This document shows positions 17,601-28,400 of a DNA stretch of 64,000 nt, piece after piece (within the stretch, counting starts at the first letter, position 1; every line of letters starts with the position of its first letter). A program made the translations under genes and the position numbers. A model generated the notes under the pieces. It made no database searches and had not been told where the DNA came from. It saw nothing but the letters and a program-made list of their open reading frames with translations. The DNA comes from Alphaproteobacteria bacterium (lineage in GTDB: Bacteria > Pseudomonadota > Alphaproteobacteria > GM7ARS4 > G965262615): positions 1,280,001 to 1,344,000 of the forward strand of contig OZ253545.1 in the NCBI GenBank assembly GCA_965262615.1, read 5' to 3'.

Positions 17601-19039
17601 TCCATAAACATCCGCAATGTTGCCCCGGCTTTGATGGTAAATGTATCCAACCCATTGAGATCCACGATATCCGAACCATCGGTGGCGTTACCCAACCACA
17701 CCGCACCGCCGCTATTGACCGTCACGGAATCATCGCCTTCGCGAAACTCCGCTCCAGCAGTCGCGCTGTTCAAAAATTGCCACACACCGCCACTATTCAC
17801 ATTGATGGTATCATCACCCCCCTGCAAATGAACCGCGCCCGACACCCTGCCGCCGCTCACATTGATGGTAATATCATCATCAGCCTCACCGCGAGTCACA
17901 TCCACAACATAATAAGCCGACACATTGCCACCTTGGAAATTAACCGTCATGCCCTCAGCCGCACCCTCAGTCGCAATAGCTCTGCCCCTGTTGTTTTGAG
18001 TGTCACCAATTCTGATGTCCGCATTATTGCTAATGGTCACCGCACCCCCCGCTTGCCTGACCATAATACCAGCACTGCCATCACCATCACCACCGTTTCC
18101 GCCGAGGCGAATCCATCCAGTATTGGTCACAGTGACATCAGAAGCCGTATTATTATTGGTGGAAGGGACAATTTCTATGCCAAAATGCCCAGTGGCACAG
18201 TTGGTGGTGCAGCTATTACCAATATTGCCGCTGTTCGTGACATTGACAGTTTTGGTGGTTCCGTCATTGCGCGCATAAGCAAGAATTCCGCGAAACTGGT
18301 GGTTGTAATTCTGACCGCTTCGGTTATGAGTAATAGTGGTTCCATTGTTAATGACAATCCCCGCTCTGGCATTCACATTCAACCCAGCGGCATTGGAAGC
18401 AGTAGCAAGAATCTCCCTCGTTCCGCTTGTGTTTTGAAGATTGACGGTGACCAGACCAACCGTTACATGACTACCTGATGCCAAATCCATGTTAATGACA
18501 TGACCGGAGGTGTTAGCCGGCGAGTCTTCAAAATCATTAATGTTGAACACAAAATTATTGGCATTGGATGCACTGCTTCCCGTCACACCTGCTTCGTTAA
18601 TAAAGGTATCCGCTGTCAGCCCCGAACTCACCTCATTGCCTCTTCCCCCCGTGCAAGTGACCGTGAGAGGCGTTGATGCGTTGAAGAAAAAAGGTCTGCC
18701 TGTATGCGAGCAATCCAAAGGTGCCAATGGCACAGGCAGCTGATCGGTTTCTCTATCGGCTGCAAAGGCGGCTGCGACATTCGCGACGGCGCGATCCTCA
18801 TCAGTGCAATAAACCATGCCCCATGGGCTGTTGGCTATGGCATGGTCAGAGCATGCCACGCTCACATCATTACTTGCGTTGATGCTTTGCGCGTGAACAG
18901 GCGATGCCATCCACAATGACATCGCTCCCAGCATCGCCACCAGCGAGCCGTATGTCCACAAGGCATGTGGCACAATCAACATTCTCACCTTTTTTGCTTG
19001 TTGACAAAGTTCGTTCATCCAAAGGAACAATGACATCAT
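11663..19039 (-). CDS. Large autotransporter (type Va-like) adhesin, 2,458 aa, 4 Cys-pair modules plus C-terminal beta-barrel
   Basis: AGGAG RBS; extended N-terminal signal ending ASPVHA|Q; G/N/T/S-rich beta-helix-like passenger; C-terminal ~330 aa of amphipathic strands (YMEPSAG, FQPLFKLG) ending ATFKLSF with terminal Phe. Confidence 0.85.
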   Translation of the reverse strand: MMSLFLWMNELCQQAKKVRMLIVPHALWTYGSLVAMLGAMSLWMASPVHAQSINASNDVSVACSDHAIANSPWGMVYCTDEDRAVANVAAAFAADRETDQLPVPLAPLDCSHTGRPFFFNASTPLTVTCTGGRGNEVSSGLTADTFINEAGVTGSSASNANNFVFNINDFEDSPANTSGHVINMDLASGSHVTVGLVTVNLQNTSGTREILATASNAAGLNVNARAGIVINNGTTITHNRSGQNYNHQFRGILAYARNDGTTKTVNVTNSGNIGNSCTTNCATGHFGIEIVPSTNNNTASDVTVTNTGWIRLGGNGGDGDGSAGIMVRQAGGAVTISNNADIRIGDTQNNRGRAIATEGAAEGMTVNFQGGNVSAYYVVDVTRGEADDDITINVSGGRVSGAVHLQGGDDTINVNSGGVWQFLNSATAGAEFREGDDSVTVNSGGAVWLGNATDGSDIVDLNGLDTFTIKAGATLRMFMDSTFTSSASNSFIFGTFGGGDLKFDGSGLITLEIVLPSGYSLANRDAFDLIDVEGNNNTLDFENGASVDNIRVRLIASNGNTLGGYYGIVTEGSGEKLRVAWQTVTASTMNCSFASATVTCTGGNTGDDEFRVGMHLRRIFADATQLASYTGDLTVTLNNLSGNIGSGTPTDHVVNFDGTASGSTVSGKLTVNMQTNSSTKRAIESPVANRAGLRVWGSGEVVVNNAAEIRHKRTGNAYDSAFRGILARAGGTSALTVSNSGNIGVSCTSDCGVAHRGLELLASGNSDSGSTVTVTNSGNITFGPGDSGSNAGSSGIFVTRAGGTVTITNTGNINVANAAGTADSNRGKAISLQSNSVVNFNGGTVDAHYFLYAERSADYTLNATINGGTVRGALRWHGGNAVVTVNNGGVLDFRGTSEFAGGDNSLTVNSGGTVYLGHASTEGTDEVNLNGLDTFTVKAGTTLRLFMRSDFGASTHTELTFGSGDFVFDGSGTYTIEIVLPSGYTLADRNAFDLINVDGNNNTLDFINGADVNNVNVILRQGGTALSGYIVTPTDSGTDGEILRVQWLTVTPSTLACSGTPPTISCSGGTASDDEITKGITLRRIFADVSALGTSYTGNLVINLDNLVADLNTANDTTTHAIYMNAGETGSRVSGNLTVNVQTNSAIKRTLFVSAANTSGMYLLSQAGLTINNASNIVHSQRNNAYNDQFRGIIALATTGTGNATITNTGNIGNSCTDDCGVGHWGMEINLPDASDAGNITVTNRGNITIGGDSGNGSGSGGIFIAQSGGAVSIDNYGNISVGDTANNSGAAVVTEGSNDGVSVNFRGGTVTATYAVRSSRDANYSVEMRVSGGTVTGRFRSYGDDDLIRVNNGGTYVMSNGTSDFGAGSNDRIIVDSGGSLRLGDSTNGSDGVDINGVETFTVNSGATLRIFMDSSFSGSAANKFTFDSGDFVFNGSGTVTLEIVLPSGYTLATRDAFDLIDVDGSNNTLDFSGGFSVNDFNVRLIRGGVNLGSYIATVSEASGEILQVQWRLLTANSLACSPSNSNSTISCSSGAATELADGLTAAEIFSYAGSAVTRIAGAGVINLNNLGVDVNTNANSNTHGIEIDGTAGDPDLIGGNITVNHQTNSVTRRSVFVRGASQAALFVRGAASVTVTSAAPLSFAAVSGVYATSLRGIEVTAASGTATVTNSGAIGYAASCSANCGTTHFGIISRISSGSGANRVTNSGTISMNPDTTATVNANAIYVQGGTPTVTNTGNINVKGDAVTFNSIAGGAATVGSATVNFNGGRVTATGNLVTSDTTNNIVTVNMNRGTATGAISLSNGADRVNVSGGTLTGTVSLGGGNDGVTVSGGTLTGTLDLGGGNDSVTVSGGTLASTLNLGDGNDSVTVSGGRLAGTFNLGGGNDSVTVNSGGNLVINNGASNFGAGTDSVTVNSGGNLTLGDATNGSDGVSIAGVENFTLEGGSTLNLFVNNNFSTISMSGATLAVRGEGNAPTIVINLPSGYDLSAGGDLNLFTASSLSIGVTASSGDDAPTLAGLAARVRFVQAGTLLKARDVAFSVSGTNILKAQWAAIQRVDFSDLAIAAGANQRQLGIARVLQTASLRDGSGEVFDHLYNALEEVGNDRHQNLGEALDRVSAPIYGTMVQANWFADQQLAEQVLNQSCAQSNYLGKKRYSTYSALRRQGQIVCGRTAIWGSLLRKTDKEGTVGFNEDSPINFAAFWDLSLTNQIHMSFGGSYSLLAHENNRGGESDGHRVSFAASGHFAPSGLLQTDGFRAGGAITLGVTAHDMERATFNTAVVESEPVFVNYGVHAKVAYRAYVDADVYMEPSAGISATQIFMQDVEENNLSTVSGISPFNLNVNDEHFNFTSLRTALLFGGDYLYPGDVTFQPLFKLGVTYVLSGFDEIDITSQLAADRMGNSFTYTGVMDDIYVDFAAGVQLFADEQFFGSLDYDGMVGINGDVGRHSATFKLSF
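13361..13610 (-). repeat. 60-bp in-frame tandem repeat (~4 copies; GTLxLGGGNDSVTVSGGTLx)
   Basis: Lines 13381, 13441, 13501 and 13561 align column by column. Confidence 0.9.
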
Positions 19040-19165
19040 GAGTTCTCTCCTATTGATATATCACAAAAGCAAACGGCAACGAAAAAATCTGAACGCGCCG
19101 TTCATCCAAAAGACACACTACAACAAAATCAAATCATAAGCAAGAGATAAAATGATGAAAAATCA

Positions 19166-19362
19166 TGAAAAAATTCGCAGTGAAAAAATTAGCAGTGAAA
19201 AAATCAGCAGTGAAAAAATCAGCAGTGAAAAAATTAGCAGTGAAAAAATTAGCAGTGAAAAAATTAGCAGTGAAAAAATTAGCAGTGAAAAAATTAGCAG
19301 TGAAAAAATTAGCAGTGAAAAAATTAGCAGTGAAAAAATTAGCAGTGAAAAAATTAGCAGTG
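19166..19362. repeat. 15-bp tandem array, 13 units of TGAAAAAATTAGCAG (three single-base variants at the left end)
   Basis: Directly visible, with no spacers; intergenic between the 5,839-aa and 2,458-aa genes. Confidence 0.97.
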
Positions 19363-19382
19363 CCTTTACAAGCCTCCTCACA

Positions 19383-19415
19383 AGCCAATGCCTCACTCTT
19401 AGTGAGGCATTGGCT
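19383..19415 (-). terminator. Perfect 15-bp stem, 3-nt loop; terminator-like or mRNA-stabilising hairpin
   Basis: AGCCAATGCCTCACT-CTT-AGTGAGGCATTGGCT, 27 nt after the stop of the 5,839-aa gene; no strong U-tail follows directly. Confidence 0.6.
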
Positions 19416-19442
19416 AAGCTCCCCCACGGGCATCATTACACC

Positions 19443-22400
19443 TTAGAATGACAACCGCAGGCGAGCGGAATGACGGCGTGTTTTACCAATCAGGCTAAAC
19501 ATGCCTTCATAATCCAGCGAGCCGAGCATTTCCTCGTCTCCAAAGAGCAAGAATCCGGTGCTGATGTCCACAAACAAGCGATCCATGTCATTGTTGTAGG
19601 CGATGAAGTTCTGTTCATTGAGGTCACCCACAAAGCGACTGTTGACATCAATATCGGTTCCTGTGGCGATGTATGTGAGTCCAGCTTTGAGTGATGGCTC
19701 CATCTGCATGGAGTTAGACAGTTGCCACTGGTCTCCCATCATGACGCTACCGTGCAACGATGTGAAGCTGTGGCGACCGTCATCCAGTGCGAGATTGAAG
19801 TCACTGGTTCCCTGCACCCTGCGAGAGACCTCTTCTTGCGTTTCCTGCATGAACAGTTGCGAGAAGCTGATACCACCGCGCGGCTCAATGAACATATCGC
19901 CCAAGAGTGTCAAGCGCAATCCGCCTCTGGCGTGTAGCCCGTAGGTCACCATAGAGACATCGGAAGTCACAGACCCGCCGCCGACAGTATCCCGATCCAC
20001 ATCAAAGATAGAGCCACTCACGGTCGCGCCCGCCGATGCGATAAATCCATTGCGTTGCAACGCACCATTTTGAGTCAAATGCAACACCGCCGCCCCCGAC
20101 ACCCGATGACCATAAGATTCACCACCGCGATTGCTCTCATGATTGATCAGACCATAGCTCACCGCACCCGAGAAGGTGAAGTGCTTGTTGAGTCCTCTGC
20201 TCCAGAATCCGCCGAAGTTAAAGAGACTGTTTTCTTCAAATCCGACCGCGCCATCATCATCGGACTTGCGAGTGACCGAACTCCAGATATCCGCCCGTCC
20301 GCACGAAGTCCGCTTGTTGCGAGTGGAATGCTCCGAATAGCTGAGTTTCTTCAAGCCAGTCACTCTATGACGAGAACAGAAGTTTTCCATGACCTCATTC
20401 ACAAAGCGATGCCCCGCAAACCAGCTGGATTGCACCAGCGAGCCATAAATGGGCGCAAGACTGGACTCAAGGTTTTTAGCATCGCCACTGTCCTCAACGG
20501 CATTAAAGAGATCCCGATAGAGGTTGGGATTGCCACTTCTTTCAGCCGCATTGGAAAGCGCAAGAGCAACGCTACTTTGATTGTCATCGCCACCCAAACC
20601 TCGAGCGATTTCATTGAATTTGATCGCCTCAAGACTATCATTCCATGCCATCTGCAAATTCGTGCCATCAGCCGACAGACTGAATGTCAGAGCACTGCCG
20701 CCTTTGAAACGCTGCGAGCCTCTCACAAGGCGAACATTATTGGCAAGACCTCGCAGCGTTGCCGCATCCACCGTGACCGTATTAGTGCCCGTCACACCAA
20801 TCAAGGTGAAGGCACTGCGCGCCGCGAGGTCATAGCCCACAGGCAGATTGATGACCAAAGTGGGAGCGTCACTGCCGCCATTGATGGCAATACTGGTCGC
20901 CATGGAGAACGCATTGAAGTTGCTATCCAAATACACACTCAGCGTGGATTTGGCGTTCAGCGTGAAAGTCTCAAGTCCGCTGATGGTGACCCCATCAGAG
21001 CCACCCGTCGCATCATTGCTGAGATTCAGGTGACCGCCCTCATTGACCACAATGGCATCAGCACCCGCACCGAATTTGGACTCGCCATTGGTGATGACCA
21101 GCGTGCCACCACTATTGACATTCACGGTTTCTGCGCCAGCGGCGATCGTGCCGCCAAAGTTGAAGCGTCCTTCCACTTCTGTTCCAGCGTTCACATTGAC
21201 GGTTGTGGTGCCGCCCAAAGCAAGCTCGCCATTGACAATCTCATCGGTTTTCACCTCACCGCCATTGAAATTGATGACCCGATTCTGCGCACCCGCACCA
21301 GCAATGATGCCAACCGCCGATGAGTATTCACCGCCCGTAATATTGCCGGTGTTGGTCACGGTGACATTGTTACCGTAAGGAACAGTCAACAAAATGGCGG
21401 TATTGGCGGTAACAATTTCAGAGGTCACTGGAGCTTGCCCGGGAATGTTGATGCTCAAACGCTCCACGCCACCGCTTCCCATGGCGATATTGCCCACATT
21501 GGTCACACTGACATCCCCCGTAGCACTGTGACCAATGGCAATGCCAATATGACCCTCACCACACTGTGGCACACAAGAGGATGCAAAGCCAATATCGCCA
21601 CTGTTAACAACGGTGATGCTTCCCGTGGTGTTCTCCAATGACGAAACGGAGAGTCCCGTCAGAGAGTCATCGTAAAAGCCGGTGTCTTTGGTTTTGAATC
21701 TCAAATCGGCGGCATTATTCACGGTGACATTGGCGGCTGCTGCCACATACAATGCGGCGTTTGTGCCCCCTCTGACCTGAACCTCTCCTCTGGTGCCGGT
21801 CACCTGATTATTGACGGTGAGATCCCCTGCGATATACCTCGTCGTGGTGAAAGTGGTGTTGGAATCGGTGGGATCATCAGGAACAACGGTGACAGCCTCA
21901 ATGGCGATACCGTGTCCCAAGCCAGCCGTGTTGACTGTGGTGGTCAGTCCACTGAGGTTAATGGTGAGATTGCCACTATATTGACCGTTGTTATAGAGAC
22001 CTCCTCTGCCGAAGGACACATCATTAAAGATGCGCGTGAGATTCATTCCATGAGAGAATTCAGTATCACTGGCATCGCCGCCACTGCACTGAATGGATCT
22101 GGCAATGCTGGTGTATGAGCAGTTCATGGATGAAGCCCCTGCAAATTGTGTCAAGTCGCTCCATGCGATTTGCAGGTCTTCTCCGCTTTGACTGAGGGTA
22201 ATCGTTCCCTGATACAGCACCCCTCCACTATCAAAAATGCGCACCCGATTGCTCAAGATTCTAAGACTTCCCACATCAAGAGCGGTGGCATCAATAAGCG
22301 TGAATGCGGTCTTATCGCCGATGGTGTATCCCGAAGGCAGGTTGATATCAATGTTCGCGGAGGAATTGATTGAGACGGTGCTATTGATTCTCGCGGCATT

Positions 22401-25400
22401 GACGCTGTTGCTGCTGACGCTGTCATCCAAGTAGAGCCGCAGCGTTGCGCCCGCATTGAGGTTGAAGTTCTCCAATCCCGAGAATTGGATGCTACTAGAG
22501 CCAGTGGGGATGCTGGTTTCATTGGGATCACTGGAAGAGCCAGCCACATAGGGAGAACCCAACACCAAGGTGCCTCCTCTGCCCACACTGAGGGTATCGG
22601 TTCCTCTGCCAAAGTCGGAGACACCGCCCGCACCGCCGTCTGCTGTGACACTGGGCAGAACCAAAATGCCTCCCGTCACATTGACGGTGTCATCGGAGCT
22701 GACGGCTCTGTTGAAGACAAAGTTACCAACATTGAGACCACCGGTCACATTGACGGTCACCTTGCCAACGAATCCAGAATCCACCTTGCAGGCATCGGTG
22801 TCATTGGTGGTATCGGCGTCGTTACAAACGGCGGCGTTCAAATCCAGCGTGCTGAGATCCACATCGGGCGAATCCAAGTCCTCAAAGTTAAAGCGATCGG
22901 CATGAACGAGAGCGGCTGTGCGCACGACTCCGCCACTGAAATTAATGACAGCCGTATCACTGGCTGGGTCACCATCTATCTGCGAGAATATGACAGCATT
23001 TTTGGCAGTGATGTTGCCGTTGTTGGTGATGGTCACCGTTCCGACTCCGCCCAGTTGCTGAACAAAGATGGCATCGTTGCCACCCCCCACATTGATGCTG
23101 CCGTTATTGACGACAATGGTTGCCCCCGCCTCATGTTGACTGGCAGAAATTCCAATGAGTTCCGAGCCGCAATTTGCGCCATTGGTAACGGCGATGCACA
23201 CTTCATCAAATCCGATTCTGGCATTGTTGGTGACATGCAACCGCCCCGCTCCCAATGAGTTGGCACTGAGAGCGATCATGGCGTTGCTGTAGTTAGCGGT
23301 GTTGCCAATCTTTCTGAAGAAGATGTTGCCCGCATTGGTGACGGTGGCGGCTTTAGCCGAGTTGACAAAAATGCCCGCTTGCTCGGAGGCTCGCACATAG
23401 ACATCTTTTTTGTCGTCATCGGCGGTTCTCACCTGATTATTGACGGTGAGATTGCCTCTGACTTCCGACAATGAGCTGCGTCCATCAACATAAATGCCGT
23501 AGCCGCTGCCCGTCAGATTGACATGACTGACAAGGTTATCAAGATTGAGGACGAATCCTGTTTCCACAAACCCGGTTTGGGCCTCATCTCCGAGGGTCAC
23601 GACCCCCAATCTCTCAAGAATACCAATCAGGCTGATTCCAGAGTTGAATTCATTTGATCCCAGGACACCCCCCGAGCAATTCACGATCTCTCCTCCGAGA
23701 CGGCAATCCATCTGTGAGACATTGAAATTGGGAGCACCCGTGGTCACCCATCCGAGATTCAGTGAGTCAAAGCCTCTGATGGTCAAATACGATGCAACGG
23801 AGAGGATTTGCCCATCCTGAATAATCCGCACCCTTGATGCCATGTCACGCAGCGATTCCGCCGTCACGCCGGCGCTTGCCACTGAACCGGGATTAGTCCG
23901 ATAGATTCTTTGTGTCGCAATGATGGTAAAATCGGGGCGAGGGACACGGCCAGCACCTTCCAAAGCAAATCCACTGGGCAGATGAATCCGAATGATGGGA
24001 GCATTATTTCCCCTGCCTTGGAATGCCACTTGACCTTGCACTTTGAATGCCTTTGCATCCAACGCTCCGAGGGCGACTCTCAATGCGGTTTGGGCGGCTC
24101 TGATTTGTGCCTGCGTGCTGCTGCTGTTGGCGGTGACTGTGCTCAGGTTTGCTTGTGCGGTGGTCCATGCGCTGTATGCGGCATTGAATCCGCTGTCCAG
24201 GAACAGTGTCAGGCTTGCGCTATTGCTGAAGGTGACTGATTCCAAGCCGTTGAGTTGCACATCGTCAGAGCCATCGGTGGCATTGCCGGCGATGATTTGT
24301 GCTCGGTCACGAACGATGAGGCTATCGTCTCCAGCCCCAAAGTTGAATGGGCTACCGAGGGTAAACTTGGCACTATCGGAGACGGTGACGGTATCATTGC
24401 CTCGTCCCAGCGACAAAGACCCCATAACATCCGTGCTACTGATATTGAGATTGACTTTGAAATTGGCTGTGGAGCTGGTTGTCACGATTTCTCCAGCGGT
24501 GATGTCGCCGCCCGTGAGATTGATGGTCACCGTCTGCGAGCTGCTTCCTGTGTTTGCGATTCGCACTGCGCTGTGGTCATCTTGCACGGTGATATTGCCA
24601 GAGCTGGTAATGGTGACATCGCCGCTATTGTTGCCGTGTTCCACATAGAATGCTGCGCCTCTTTGGATGTTGATGTCGCCAGAGTTGGTGATGGTCACCG
24701 TTCCCGAGCCACCATGTTGCACATTGATTCCTCTGTGTCCGCCGCCGCAGCTGATATCGGTGCAGTTGCCGTTAAAGCCGATGGCGGCACTGTTGGTGAT
24801 GGCGACACTTCCCGAGCCCGCCGACACAGCCGTGATGCCAGCCAGATTGTTTCTGTAGGGATTTGACGGACGATTCGCATCGGGACAACTCCCCGTGGTG
24901 ACACAAAGCCATGATGTCGTCCCCTCAGCCCGATGAAAGACGAGGTCGGCGGCATTATTGACGGTCACACCGGCATCAGATTTCACATACAGTGCGGCGA
25001 CATGGGTGGTGATGTGTGCGAGTCCTCTCACAAACACATCCACCTTGTCGGCACTGGCGGTGTTCACCTGATTATTGACGGTGAGATTGCCCGAGAGACT
25101 GCTGCTGAGCGTTGCATCAACGACAATGCCATGCCCGTTCGTATCAATGTTGGATTTGCTTCCCACATTGGCGGCGAGGTCATCAAAGTTGAATGTGGGG
25201 TTGGCGACCGATGATGTGATCCCTGCTGCCTCAAAGATGACAATAGATGCCAATCCATCCTCCACCTCGCTCACGACACCGCCAGAGCAATTGAAGGCAT
25301 TGGTGACACCAGCGGCTGGAGCGCAACCAAAATCAAGGTAAGAAATGTCACCCAGCCACTCCAATTGCAAGGTGCTACCGGATTGGATCACATTGAGTGT

Positions 25401-28400
25401 TCCCTTAAGGCGAGAGCCTCTGTAATACAGGCGCGCATTGGCGGCGACATCAGAAAGAGATGCAACGCTCGCGGTGCCGGCGGTGATGAAGGCAAACCGA
25501 CTGCGCGCGCCCAGCACATACCCATTGGGCAGATAAATCTCCAACCGTGCGGCGCTCTCGCCTGTTCCGTTCAGAGAGTAGGCTCCGCCCAGGTTCAAAA
25601 CGGTGGAATTGGCACTGTCAAAGGAGTCGCCCAGATAAACCCGCAACGCACCACCGGCATTGGCGGTAAAGTTGTCCAATCCCGTGAGTGCGGCTCCGCT
25701 TGTGACGGCGAATGTGCCTCCCTGTTCGGCAATGACGGAATTATTGCCGAGACCAAAATCAGCCGAGCTGCCCACATTGAACGACCCGCCAGTGATTCTA
25801 ACGGTGTCATTGCCAGATCTGAGGTTAAACGAGCCACTCACATCACCGCCCGTGATATTGATATTAAAGTTGGCATTGGATGGACTTTTGACGATGGTGT
25901 CAGCCACCACGCTATTGCCGATATTGACCGTGAATGTGCGCGCCGATGAGGCAGACCCTGCGAATTCGGCGAACACCGACCCCGTGCCAAGAGCGACAGT
26001 GCCGCTGTTGGTGACGGTGATATTCCCGCTATTGTTGGTGTGACTCACATAGATGCCCACACTGTTGGTGGCGACACCGAAATCAATCGCCCCGCTGTTG
26101 GTGATGGTGGCGGCTGTTTGTCCCGTGGTGGAGTTCGTTCCGGTGTGTTCCACGAAGATGCCTCGGTGTCCCGAGCCGCAGTTGGATGTGCAAGAAACAA
26201 AGCCGATGTTTCCTTTATTGGACACGGTGGTAGCCTTGCCTCTTCCAGCAACGGCATGAATACCCCGCATATTATTGACATTGCTTCCTGCGAACACGAG
26301 GGGTGAGTTGCTCTCCACATAGAGGTCGCCGCTTGCTTTGGCGAAGATGGCGGCTCTCTCGGCAGCTCTCACCTGCACCTGTCTTCTTGTTGGGTTTTGG
26401 TTTAGGGTTTCTGTTCTGCTCTCTTTCACTTGATTGAAGACCCGCAGATCTCCCGTGACCAGCGAGCCATTGGCGGTGGCATCAAAGGTCATGCCGTGTC
26501 CTGTGCCTGAGGTGTTCACATTGGCAGAGAGGCCATCCACCCACACACGCAAGCCGCCATCAACGGCTCCTGTGTTTGTGACGAAGTTGGCGTGACCAAA
26601 GAAGCGCGAGAGCAAAAAGCCATTGGTGTATTCGCTACCCGAACCGCCCGTGCAGCTGAAGTCATTGCCGCCTGAGACGCAGGTGAGCCCGCTGGCAGTA
26701 TCCAGCATCGTCAGATTGACTACGAAATTGCCACCGGTATTGCTGAAGGTGCGCGTGAACGGACTGGCGACAACGCCTCCCAGTGTGAATCTGGCTTTGC
26801 TGACAAGACCAGCCGCGTCCGCGATAGTGGTTGTATTGGCACTGATGATGCCATAGTTGCCATTTCCTGTGCCTGTGGGCAGATGCACCACAACGGTGGG
26901 GGCGTTGCTGCCAGAACCCGAGATGCTTGCCGTCCCCGTGATGCTGAAGTTGCCAAACACTTCCAAGATACCGTTGGCATTCAGATTAAAGTTCTCCAGC
27001 CCAGTCAGCGTGACATTTGTGCTGGAAGTTCCCATGATCAATCTGCCACCGTTATTGACGGTGATGGCATCGGTGCCGCCATAGAAGTTAGAAGTGCCGA
27101 CAAGATGGAGTGTGCCGACTTGGAGTGTGCCGCCTTGGGGTGTGTTGCCGCTAACGGTGACGGTGTCATTGTCGTTGTCATCGCTGAACACCAACTGACC
27201 TTTGGCAGTGCCGCCGTTCACATTGACATTGAAAGCGAGGTCTGTGGTTGCGTTGGCGCGCACCAAAGTGCCAACATCCACCGTGCCGCCATTGAAATTG
27301 ACGGTGATGCTGTTGGATGTGGCAGTTCCCGCCGCCACATAAACGGCTCTTGAATTGCTCCCACCCGAGATATTTCCTGTGTTGGTGATGGTGACATTAC
27401 CCAAATCACTACCGCTAAAAACATAAATGGCACGATTGTAGTCAGCATCAGAGCTTCCACCGCTACCAATTGCAATATTGCCACTGTTGACGATGGTGAT
27501 GGTTCCCGTGGCGGCTCCAACCATAATGCCGCGCTGATTAGCTCCACAGTTGCTGGTGCAGGCGGATTCAAAGCCGATGTCAGCCGAGTTGGTGACCATC
27601 GCATTACCCGTGCCCGTTGCCACAACACTCAGACCTCTCATGACGCTGTTATATCCGCCGCCGCTTTTTTCGCCAAAGAACAGATTACCCTCATTGGTGA
27701 CGGTGATATTTCTGTTGGTGATGGCTTTCGCATACAGGGCGGCTTGACTGGCGGCTCTCACATAGGCGGTGAATGCGGGCGATGAGGTGGTTTGATTATT
27801 GACGATGAGATTTCCCGTCACCCGACTGCCGCCCGCAGAGCCATCAATGGTGATGGTGCTGTTCGTGGGTGATTGTGCGTCATTCCAAGCGAGGTCATTG
27901 CCGAGGTTATTGATGTTGACGGTGAGGTCGCCACTATGGATGCCCGAATTGAGGGTGCTGACTTTCTGGAAGAAGCGATTCAAATTAACACCGCCTTGCA
28001 GATACTCCCGCCCCAGATAAGGAGCGTTAAAGTCAGTCCGTCTGGGTCCTGTGCAGGCGAGGGTGCCGCTGGCGAGGGAGCAGGTGAATGCGGACGGATC
28101 CACAACCGAATAGGCATCAGTCCAAGTCAGATTGAGCTTGGTAGTGTCGTTACTGTCTCTATTGAGCGTGAAAGTGGCTCTGTAGGTTGTGTTCCCTTGC
28201 ACCAGTCTGACTCGCCGTGCCATGTCGGTGAGGGTTGTGGCACTGGCTGTGATTGCGGCGGAGGCATCAAAGATAGTGAACTCGGAACGCTGGGTGGCGA
28301 GGGTGTAGTTTTCATGAAGATACACTTCAATGACGGGGGCATTGTTTCCCGTGCCAGCAAAGGCGGTTGTTGCGGCGATGTTGGCGGCGTTAAACGAGGC

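Noticed and set aside
19166-19362. Possible CRISPR array
   Set aside because: Contiguous 15-bp units without spacers, and no cas genes in the window.
19134-19451. (EKISS)n, (FFTAN)n and (IFSLL)n ORFs
   Set aside because: Automatic consequence of a 15-bp unit; no supporting signals.
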